DNA of 36,561 nucleotides, taken from contig JAZOTL010000021.1 of NCBI GenBank assembly GCA_045657645.1, positions 1-36,561 on the forward strand. The letters are read 5' to 3'. The notes below the pieces were generated by a model. That model was not told the origin of the DNA. It did not search any database and saw only the letters and a list, made by a program, of their open reading frames with translations. The position numbers and the translations under genes were made by a program. Of this stretch, positions 26,025 through 36,561 are shown piece after piece. This DNA is from Eubacteriales bacterium (GTDB lineage Bacteria > Bacillota > Clostridia > Oscillospirales > CAG-272). The first letter of the stretch is position 1, and each line of letters begins with the position of its first letter.

Positions 26025-26996
26025 CTACTGTCCCACCTTTGCCAACATTTTGTTTATAAGCTTATTTGCACCGAAGCACAGAATAAACATTACAAGTGCG
26101 ATAGCCGAAGCATAACCAAACTCAAAACGAGTGGTCATATACTCTGCAAGGTGATGATTAAGTGTCCATGCACAGTAGTTTACCGAAGGGGTACCGCAAA
26201 GCTGAGTTACGATAGTACCGAAACTGAAGGCACTGGTAATAGACATTACCGCACCGAACATCAGCATAGATTTCATATTGGGAAGTGTGATAAACCACAC
26301 CTCCTGCCATCTGTTTTTAATTCCGTCAACCGCGCCTGCCTCGTACTGGCTTCTGTCGATAGCCTGAAGACCTGCGATAAATGACAGGAAGGACATACCC
26401 AAGCTGGTCCAGATGGAAATAAAGATCATCAGGGGTACGATATAGGTTTCATCCTGGAACCAAAGTATAGGCTCTGTGATAAGACCAAGCTTCATCATCC
26501 AACCGTTTGCGTATCCGTAGATATCATTTTTAAATATAAGCTGGAAGATGGGCACAGCACCGCCGGAAATACCGGGGGCATAGAATATAAATGTAACTAA
26601 TGCACGAAGCTTCGGAGGAAGCTCGTTAATAAACCAAGCGAGTATAAAACTCAAGAGGAAGGATGCGGGACCTGTGGTTACAGCGAATATAAGTGTATTC
26701 TTTAAAGCTGTTATAAACAGGTCGTCATCCAAAAACATTCTGATAAAGTTATCAAATCCGATGAACTGCGGCCAGGTAAACATATCAAAGGATGTAAAGC
26801 CCAGCAGTATGGAAAGGATAACCGGCAGCACGGTGAAGATGCAGAACATTATCATAAAGGGAGCGATCATAAAGTAACCGGCTCTTGTTCTCTTCATCTC
26901 ACTGCGTGTGTACTGCCATTTAGTCATATCTTTTTTTGAGATAGGCTCTTTAGACTTTCTCGGCTTGGTACTCTTTTTTACAGCAGTATCTTGCAT
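26025..26996 (-). CDS. Carbohydrate ABC transporter permease (MalF-type), pair 1
   Basis: 323 aa with the EAA loop EAGAVDGIKNRWQEVWFITLPNMKS. Confidence 0.88.
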   Translation of the reverse strand: MQDTAVKKSTKPRKSKEPISKKDMTKWQYTRSEMKRTRAGYFMIAPFMIMFCIFTVLPVILSILLGFTSFDMFTWPQFIGFDNFIRMFLDDDLFITALKNTLIFAVTTGPASFLLSFILAWFINELPPKLRALVTFIFYAPGISGGAVPIFQLIFKNDIYGYANGWMMKLGLITEPILWFQDETYIVPLMIFISIWTSLGMSFLSFIAGLQAIDRSQYEAGAVDGIKNRWQEVWFITLPNMKSMLMFGAVMSITSAFSFGTIVTQLCGTPSVNYCAWTLNHHLAEYMTTRFEFGYASAIALVMFILCFGANKLINKMLAKVGQ

Positions 26997-27039
26997 GAGT
27001 AAATTCTCCTTCTTTACTTATTTTTCAGATGAATTACTG

Positions 27040-30000
27040 TCAGTCTTCCTTTTGACCGGACTTATCGTCCTTATCATAGGAAATCTCGTTGTAGTCCAAA
27101 CCGAATTCTTTACGCTTACGCGTTAATTCCTTATTCATATAGGATATCTGCTCAAGCATTGCATCAGCAGGGTTCTGTCCGTCGTTATACGCATTAAGGA
27201 AAGCAAACTGTACGTACTGGGTAAGAATGTAGGAACCGGGATATTCGGGAACTGCATCTACCTGCCCAAGCATTGATGCTATAGCAGCGCGCTCCTGCTC
27301 GGTCCACTTCTGTGCCAGAAGTACCTGTGTATTCGCGGTAGAGAACTTATTTGTAGGCATTGTAACCGCAATATTTTCTCTTGCCTGTCTTTGCTGAGAA
27401 TCAGCACCGCAGTACCACTTGATGTATTCCCAAGCAGCTTCGGGATCCTCACCGCCACGGGGGATGATCATTGCCTGAGTATTTACTGTTGCGGTACGGT
27501 TGATACTTCCGTCCTCACGAACGGTACCGATTGCGGGAGCCATCTGCCACAAGCCTCTTATATCATAGAATGCCATAAGCTGGTTGTAGGTTGTAATAGC
27601 GTCCTCGGCTACCATTATGGGAACCTCACCTGTACGGAAACGGGTTATATCATAAGCTACGGGGCAGCTGTACTTCTGGAACATTTCGCACATTGTTTTG
27701 AATGCAGAAAGTGAAACCTTATCGTCAAGGTTTACTGCCTTACCGTTATCCTTGTACATATTTCCGCCCTCCTGCTGATATACAAAGAGCTGTGTACCAA
27801 CAAGACCGTTAGGCAAGCCAACGTCCATATTATTATTAAGAAGTGCGGGCATACAAGCAAGCAGCTCGTCCCAGGACTGGGGTGCCTCAATACCAAGCTC
27901 TGCAAGTACGTCAAGTCTGTAGAAGGTCATAGGAACTATGATGTTGGTAGGTACACCGTAGGTATGCCAGTTGTCCGGGTCGTTTTTACCAACCATAGTC
28001 AGCTTATCCTTAAGGGGCGCCGGGTACTGGGCCATAACTTCATCAAAGCCCTCGTAATTTTCAAGGGGAAGAAGTGCAGTACGCATACCAAACGTGATGG
28101 TATTTGCCGAATCCATAAAGGAAACGTCAGGACCAATGCCTGCCAGTATCGCCTCGGTAAGACCCGCGGTAATAACCTTGATTCGTAGGCTTATGCCGGA
28201 ATCGGGTGTAAAGTAGTTATCCACCAGATATCTGTATATAAGCATAGACTCACGGTCGGATATCGCCCACATTTCAATTTCGCGCTTTGTAGTGGTGTTA
28301 GCATCATCAGAGAAACCGATTGTGGTATAGTCCATTGTGAAGCTGGCAACAAAGGCCTTGCACTCAAACCACGCCTTTTCAAAGCCGTTTGATACGGCAC
28401 GGGGCAGCTTTGCATCTGCTGCGGCAAATACAAAGAAGTCAAGCTTAAGGGGCTGTGCCAGTGCTGAATATAACCAGTCACTAAGTGAAATTATATAGTT
28501 TTTAAACGTCAGGAAGTTGGGGGCTATTTCGTATTCGTTAAGCGCCATCTTTTCATAGAGCTCCGCTATCGTGTGAAGGGTGTTTGTCATATCGCCCTTC
28601 TCGCCTGTCATTTCGACAATGGATTCCTCTATGTCATACAGCTCGTTTGCTGCATTTGCTATTGTAACAATATGCTCGGGAACAAGTCTCTGGAAGCCGT
28701 AGTCACGGTTGGAGTCCGGCACGGGACCTGTTATCTTAAGCATTTCCTGATATGCAAAGTTAAGGTCGTTGATAAGCTCCTTGATACGGTAAACGTACTG
28801 CTCCATATCGCCAAGCACTATCTCCAGCTCAACAACGTTTGTTCCCTTTTCAAGGTAGAACAGGTATGTATCTTCACCGTTGGTAGCGTAAGAGCTCTGG
28901 AAGCCTGTTTCAAAGGGGAAACGCAGGTAGCTTGCTTCGCGGAACTGTATCTCGTTGTTTATCTTCACACGTCTTGAAGTAAACATACCGATCTGTGTGT
29001 TCTGACGGAAGCGGAATGAAAGTGAGTAAAGTCCTGTTTCGGGAGCTTCTACCTCATACTTCATCCAGTTGTTCGCAGTTGCGTTATCAAGAAGATTATA
29101 TCTGATCTGCGCGGGATGCTGGGGAATACTGATGGAAGATGTTCTGTCATTACTGGGAATAACGTTCTGTACGGAAACGCTTGTGGGGTTCTCCGCCTGT
29201 ACGATTATTCTTTCGTCACCTGTGTATTCCTTAACGCCCTTCTTCTTCATCTCCTTGAGGAAATCCTCGTAGCTTATTTCCTCTTCGTAAGGATAGAAGC
29301 GCAGGGAGTGTATTACCATCTGCTCGCGGTTGGAAGTAAGGGTTATGGTGTGCTCGCCCTCGGTAAAATATACCTGGAGGGGGTCGATCTCGTAACCCAG
29401 CCAGTCACGCATATAGTAGGTCTGCCATTCGGGCACCTCCCAACGGCGGGGACGGGTATCGTTACCGTTCTTGTCGTTGATGAAGGACTTGGTTTCTACC
29501 TTTTCCTTGCCGTCCTCAAAGTATACGGTGCTTTCAAGGAGCACCTCTTCACCGTTTTTATCGGTTTCATACTCATACTCCCAGGTACGGGGGAAGTAAA
29601 GATATCTTGCTTCAGAGAAGGGCATTTCGCCGTCCACGTACATCATACGCTCGATGGTGGTGGATATCTCGGTTGCATCGGTATCGTCCACAACAACGGA
29701 TGCGTATGTAAGTTCGATAGCGTATCTGCCTTCTGCGGGTACGTCTATCTTGAGTACGGTATTACCGGAATCGGGGGTAACAAGAACCTTATCGGTTATG
29801 CTGCCGTCACCGTAAACGGAACCGTCTTCAATAGTGGACTTTACTGTGGAAGCCGCATCGTCATATGCATCTGCCGCATATACGATAAACTCCTCCTCCT
29901 TGTAGTCCTTGCCTTCGTGGAGCTTTGTGTACTCATCGTAGGACACAGCGTTACCAAGCTTAAGAATGGCCTCTGCATCATACTCGAAGACATAATCATC

Positions 30001-30135
30001 CGCAGCGCCTGTAATATCTGTGCCTGCTGCGGGCTCGTTTTCATCTGCGAATACGCCGGTGGTCAGTGACAGGCTGCCCATAAGCATTATTACCGCCAAT
30101 AAAAACGACAGGATTCTTTTGATCCCATGCTTCAT
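27040..30135 (-). CDS. Giant extracellular solute-binding protein with two N-terminal CBM-like beta-sandwich modules
   Basis: 1031 aa. The signal peptide has no lipobox Cys. Two related modules share the pattern P..G.Y...L.......V....F.EA.YL.FP. A helical linker is followed by a C-terminal family-1 SBP fold (YGVPTNIIVPMTFYRLDVLAELGIEAPQSWDELL). Confidence 0.75.
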   Translation of the reverse strand: MKHGIKRILSFLLAVIMLMGSLSLTTGVFADENEPAAGTDITGAADDYVFEYDAEAILKLGNAVSYDEYTKLHEGKDYKEEEFIVYAADAYDDAASTVKSTIEDGSVYGDGSITDKVLVTPDSGNTVLKIDVPAEGRYAIELTYASVVVDDTDATEISTTIERMMYVDGEMPFSEARYLYFPRTWEYEYETDKNGEEVLLESTVYFEDGKEKVETKSFINDKNGNDTRPRRWEVPEWQTYYMRDWLGYEIDPLQVYFTEGEHTITLTSNREQMVIHSLRFYPYEEEISYEDFLKEMKKKGVKEYTGDERIIVQAENPTSVSVQNVIPSNDRTSSISIPQHPAQIRYNLLDNATANNWMKYEVEAPETGLYSLSFRFRQNTQIGMFTSRRVKINNEIQFREASYLRFPFETGFQSSYATNGEDTYLFYLEKGTNVVELEIVLGDMEQYVYRIKELINDLNFAYQEMLKITGPVPDSNRDYGFQRLVPEHIVTIANAANELYDIEESIVEMTGEKGDMTNTLHTIAELYEKMALNEYEIAPNFLTFKNYIISLSDWLYSALAQPLKLDFFVFAAADAKLPRAVSNGFEKAWFECKAFVASFTMDYTTIGFSDDANTTTKREIEMWAISDRESMLIYRYLVDNYFTPDSGISLRIKVITAGLTEAILAGIGPDVSFMDSANTITFGMRTALLPLENYEGFDEVMAQYPAPLKDKLTMVGKNDPDNWHTYGVPTNIIVPMTFYRLDVLAELGIEAPQSWDELLACMPALLNNNMDVGLPNGLVGTQLFVYQQEGGNMYKDNGKAVNLDDKVSLSAFKTMCEMFQKYSCPVAYDITRFRTGEVPIMVAEDAITTYNQLMAFYDIRGLWQMAPAIGTVREDGSINRTATVNTQAMIIPRGGEDPEAAWEYIKWYCGADSQQRQARENIAVTMPTNKFSTANTQVLLAQKWTEQERAAIASMLGQVDAVPEYPGSYILTQYVQFAFLNAYNDGQNPADAMLEQISYMNKELTRKRKEFGLDYNEISYDKDDKSGQKED

Positions 30136-30218
30136 TTTTTCTACCTCCTAACGGAATGCTTGTCAATGTAAGAAAACCTCTAAAAGAGGACGACAAACCC
30201 GACGGGTACCCCGATTTT

Positions 30219-30249
30219 AAAAAAATCAGGCACCCGCCAAGCAGGGTGC
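30219..30249 (-). terminator. Terminator-like hairpin inside the 5' leader of the ABC operon (candidate attenuator)
   Basis: On the minus strand it reads gcacccTgc-ttg-gcgggtgc (30249 down to 30230), then ctga and T7 (30225 down to 30219). It sits about 45-75 nt downstream of the predicted -10 and about 85 nt upstream of the ATG. Confidence 0.4.
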
Positions 30250-30299
30250 GCACATCAGTTGAAATATGCACAATTTTCTTTCATTTTTTACTGTATAAT

Positions 30300-30328
30300 A
30301 TAATACCACGGCTGCCTTTAAATGTCAA
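30300..30328 (-). promoter_or_regulatory. SigA-type promoter of the seven-gene ABC operon
   Basis: On the minus strand it reads TTGACA (30328 down to 30323), a 17-nt spacer, then TATTAT (30305 down to 30300), with a TGn extended -10 (gTGgTATTAT). Confidence 0.6.
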
Positions 30329-30715
30329 GTACGCACTTTAATTGTCGCCTTATGTCATAAGCCTTCGCAGGCAATTTTGTAACTTGTTTTTGAACCGATT
30401 TTCAGATACAAAAAAATCATCTTTTCGGGGAATGAAAATGTTTTTTGAACAAGAGTAAAAAATCAGTCGGTGAATTTGAAAACATTTTGCAAAATTACCC
30501 CTCTTTTTCCTGCGGTTTGTGAATTTTTTTGATATATTTTGTTAACTTTTTGTTTTCAGGTTGCCACAATTTAAAAAATTTGACCCGACAAAAAAGTTCA
30601 AAATTTTTGTGCACTTTTCACAAAATTCGCATAGGATTTTTTTACACTATAAATATATTAGATTTTTCCTTATTTATGCAAAGTTTTGTGAAAAAGCCTT
30701 AATGTTCACACACAA

Positions 30716-30744
30716 TTGACACATAAACGAAAAGATAGTATAAT
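30716..30744 (+). promoter_or_regulatory. Consensus SigA promoter of the HD-nucleotidase gene
   Basis: A perfect TTGACA (30716-30721), a 17-nt spacer, then a perfect TATAAT (30739-30744). Confidence 0.7.
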
Positions 30745-30778
30745 AAATGCACCCCTTTAGATGACAGGAGAAGATAGT

Positions 30779-31357
30779 ATGAAAAACGCATTTTACCCCA
30801 TGGTGTTCCGCCAGAAGCATATCATAAGATGGGGTCTTATGAGAAATATAGATAAGGAATCATTAAGCGAGCACTCCTATAACGTAGCGGTACTTGCCCA
30901 CGCCCTCTGCCTTATAGGAAACAGGTATTTTAACAAAAACCTCAACGCCGACAGAGCCGCAAGCCTTGCTCTTTTCCATGACGTAACCGAGGTGTATACA
31001 GGAGATATGCCCACCCCCGCAAAATACTATAACGAGGATATGCGCCGCAACTATAAGGTTATAGAAGAAAATGCGGTAAGCCAGCTTTTATCAAAGCTCC
31101 CCGAAGATCTTGTCCCCGATTACGAGCCCCTTTTGCGTGAAGCGGATAAAGAGCTTTACCCCTACGTAAAGGCGGCAGACAAACTGGATGCTTACATTAA
31201 GTGCATTGATGAGTGCAAGTGCAATAACGCGGAGTTTAAAAGTGCTGCAAAGACCACGTATAACGCCCTTCTCTCCTACAAGCTACCCGAGCTTGAATAT
31301 TTTATGGAGCACTTCCTCCCCGCCTTTTCCGAAGACCTTGATACACTGCAAAAGTAA
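30779..31357 (+). CDS. yfbR: HD-domain 5'-deoxynucleotidase (YfbR-like)
   Basis: The sequence is RWGLMRN...ESLSEHSYNVAVLAHAL...LFHDVTEVYTGDMPTP, carrying the HD motif. I set the start at MKNAFY (GGAG 8 nt upstream); the ORF track begins at 30761. Confidence 0.8.
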   Translation: MKNAFYPMVFRQKHIIRWGLMRNIDKESLSEHSYNVAVLAHALCLIGNRYFNKNLNADRAASLALFHDVTEVYTGDMPTPAKYYNEDMRRNYKVIEENAVSQLLSKLPEDLVPDYEPLLREADKELYPYVKAADKLDAYIKCIDECKCNNAEFKSAAKTTYNALLSYKLPELEYFMEHFLPAFSEDLDTLQK

Positions 31358-31365
31358 ATATAAAC

Positions 31366-31396
31366 GTAAAAACACCCTGCATTTTGCAGGGTGTTT
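31366..31396. terminator. Bidirectional rho-independent terminator
   Basis: A 10-bp stem pairs acaccctgca (31370-31379) with tgcagggtgt (31383-31392). It is flanked by A5 and T4 and lies between convergent genes. Confidence 0.75.
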
Positions 31397-31407
31397 TCTA
31401 TTTCTGT

Positions 31408-32217
31408 TTATTTCTTATATACCGCAATCTCAAAGCAAACCTCTGTTGTAAGGCTTTCAAGCTTATCCAGCTTTGCAATATCCTCCTTTGAGGTTTTATG
31501 TGAATAGGGAGTCATGGAAAACAGGTCCTTTATCTCCTTATTTGAGTTAAGGTGTATGGTGTAGTCAAGGCTCTGCCTTGCTGCGAGGGTAAAGCCTTCA
31601 AGGGCAAAATCATCAAGGGTGTTTTCGTAGGGCTCATCGTACACGGCAGCTTTAAGGGACCACAGGTGACGGGCACCGGGGCCTGCAATAACAAGATGAC
31701 CGCCGGGCTTTAATACCCGCAAAAACTCTTCTTTTGCCATAGGGGAAAAGACCGAAAGCACTCCATCAACGCTGTTATCCGCCAAAGGCAGGGCGTAAAC
31801 GCTGGCACAAGCCGTTTGTGCCGCCTTAAAATGCCTTGCGCCAAAGCGGGTGGCTTCCTTTGAAACGTCCACGCATATAAACTGTGCGCCGATATCCTTT
31901 TCCAAAAGGCGGTCGCCTATATACTTACTGTAGTAACAGTCACCGCAGCCTGCATCAAGAAGGATATCTCCTTTTTTTGAAAAGCCGCAAAACTGCTCTG
32001 AAATTGCATCGGCAAGGCTTTGATAATAACCCTTAGATAAAAAATCCTGTCTTGCTTTTATCATTTCACGGCTGTCACCGTGATTACCTCCACCGCCCGA
32101 AAGCAGATTTACGTATCCGTATTTTGAGATATCAAATGTATGGCGGTTTTGGCAAACAAGGCTTTTTTCCTTTTGCACCAAGGGCTCTTTACATACAGGG
32201 CATATGAATTTATCCAT
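31408..32217 (-). CDS. rlmA: RlmA-like SAM-dependent (23S rRNA m1G) methyltransferase with an N-terminal zinc ribbon
   Basis: The N-terminus is FICPVCKEPL...LVCQNRHTFDISKYGYVNLL and the SAM motif is LLDAGCGDCYY. The start at MDKF (32217) overlaps the upstream gene by 8 nt, with AAGGA about 9 nt upstream. Confidence 0.7.
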   Translation of the reverse strand: MDKFICPVCKEPLVQKEKSLVCQNRHTFDISKYGYVNLLSGGGGNHGDSREMIKARQDFLSKGYYQSLADAISEQFCGFSKKGDILLDAGCGDCYYSKYIGDRLLEKDIGAQFICVDVSKEATRFGARHFKAAQTACASVYALPLADNSVDGVLSVFSPMAKEEFLRVLKPGGHLVIAGPGARHLWSLKAAVYDEPYENTLDDFALEGFTLAARQSLDYTIHLNSNKEIKDLFSMTPYSHKTSKEDIAKLDKLESLTTEVCFEIAVYKK

Positions 32218-33372
32218 TTTTATCATTCCTTTTATCAAGCAGCTTGGCAATAAGGGGTCGCTTTACCTTAAGAGCCCCTTTCGGGCAGAACTCCTGACAG
32301 CAAAAACAACAAATACAGCTGCTCCTGTCAATTACCGCCCTTTTATCCCGTATGGTTATTGCCTTTGCAGGGCATATATCACGGCAAACACCGCAACCAA
32401 CACATTCCTCCGATTTAAGGTGGGGTCTGGAGCGAAGGGCGCTTTCCATAAACTTATACACAAACCTTCCCCAAAAGCCCTCTTTATTGCTGAAAACAAT
32501 GCTCTTGCGCTGTTCTACAAGCTTATAATCGGGTATTTTAAGAGAGCTTATATCTCCGTACACCTTAAGCTCCTCTACCAACGCGGGGCAAAGACCGCGG
32601 CGCACAGCACAAGCAAGGGTCGGGGCATCCTTGACCCCAAGACCGATAATTTGTGCACCCACAAGGTCTGCCTTATGGGGAGAAGCAGAAGCTATTATTG
32701 CCCCTATATGACGAGGCGTACCCATTGTGGGGCCGTTACCCTCCATACCGTCTATAGCGTCAACTATAGTAAGGGTAGGCTTAAAATGCTCCACTATATC
32801 CACTATAACCGAAGCAAATTTATCATAATCGGGGTATTTAAAGTGATATTCAGGCTTTACCGTTCCGGGAACTGCGCCAAAAAAGTTCTTTGCCCCGCAG
32901 GACATACTCATCATACCGTGGGTCTTAAGCTTGCAAAAGTTTATAAGCACATCGCACTTATCAAGCCAAGCGGTATATTTGAACTCTTTCAGCGTTTCGG
33001 CGTTTTTACAAAGGGTTTCCTTTTCCGAAAAATCCTGATTAAGGCTTACCCCTTCCCCCTCAAGGGCTTTCATCCCGGAGGCTGAATATATGCGGTTTAC
33101 GTAAAGAGAGCTATAAAGACCGCCGGGGCTGTCGCCTATTATGACCCTTGCTCCCTTTTGGCGTAGCATTGCACAAAGCTCTGCCACAAGGGCAGGGTGG
33201 GTGGTCACAGCCTTTTCAGGCTTTGCCCCTGCCACAAGGTTGACCTTTATTCCAACGGTCATACCAGGCTTAACAGCGTTAAGTCCGCCAACTGCATCAA
33301 TTGCTTCGCTAAGGGCAGGGCGTATATTTTCTATACTGTAGTCGGGGCATTTTATACAAGCAACGTCGTACA

Positions 33373-33373
<1 letters not shown>
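32210..33373 (-). CDS. DUF362-domain protein with a C-terminal 2x[4Fe-4S] ferredoxin domain
   Basis: 387 aa. The N-terminal 300 aa are DUF362-like (VGIKVNLV...; IIGDSPGG). The C-terminus carries CVGCGVCRDICP and CICCFCCQEFCP. The ATG overlaps the GH2 stop (TGATG). Confidence 0.75.
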
Positions 33374-36540
<3,167 letters not shown>

Positions 36541-36561
36541 ATATATAGAACACTTAAACAT

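Noticed and set aside
29116-30069. A 317-aa ORF on the + strand, plus similar ORFs at 21695-22438, 24299-24844, 32204-33085, 19769-20344 and 25851-26384.
   Set aside because: All are antisense to strongly supported minus-strand genes of dense operons. Their composition reflects complement-strand codon bias.
30041-30341. Small ORFs in the ABC operon leader (76 aa on the - strand, 61 aa on the + strand).
   Set aside because: They have no SD and overlap the SBP start, the promoter and the hairpins. Their composition is arbitrary, so they are more likely non-coding leader.
30607-30623. ttgtgcacttttcacaa read as a Rex (TTGTGAA-N4-TTCACAA) or Crp/Fnr (TGTGA-N6-TCACA) operator.
   Set aside because: The half-sites are good, but the spacing is one nucleotide shorter than either consensus as I remember them. 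I report it only as part of the AT-rich spacer observation.

Overview
The window looks like a chromosomal segment from a spore-forming Firmicute, probably Clostridia (spoIIE and cotJABC are present; GC is mid-40s% by eye). I found no rRNA, tRNA, CRISPR array, transposase, integrase or recognisable defence genes. Gene content from left to right:
- (-) A pyruvate formate-lyase locus in which PFL is split into a 702-aa core and a separate 80-aa glycyl-radical ORF, followed by pflA.
- (+) spoIIE.
- (-) An SLH-anchored GH18 protein, an MsbA-type ABC exporter, a zinc-ribbon membrane protein and an EamA transporter.
- (+) cotJA, cotJB and cotJC.
- (+) A tight 4-gene operon: a Gfo/Idh/MocA oxidoreductase, a P-type-ATPase-like protein with every catalytic motif lost, a PlsC-type acyltransferase with a zinc-ribbon tail, and a GltS-like transporter.
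- (-) A 12.2-kb seven-gene operon: a 1031-aa solute-binding protein with two CBM-like modules, two complete ABC permease pairs, a 717-aa NHL-propeller/TPR/Yip1 membrane protein and a 1004-aa secreted protein. It has no ATPase and no regulator.
- (+) A YfbR-like HD nucleotidase.
- (-) A GH2 beta-galactosidase translationally coupled to a DUF362 Fe-S protein and an RlmA-like methyltransferase.
The leads most worth following are the uncharacterised seven-gene ABC/NHL-Yip1 operon with its structured leader, the natively split PFL, the fossil P-type ATPase, and a mosaic repeat family present in four intergenic regions, including both window edges. All protein calls come from reading motifs in the supplied translations; no database search was run.
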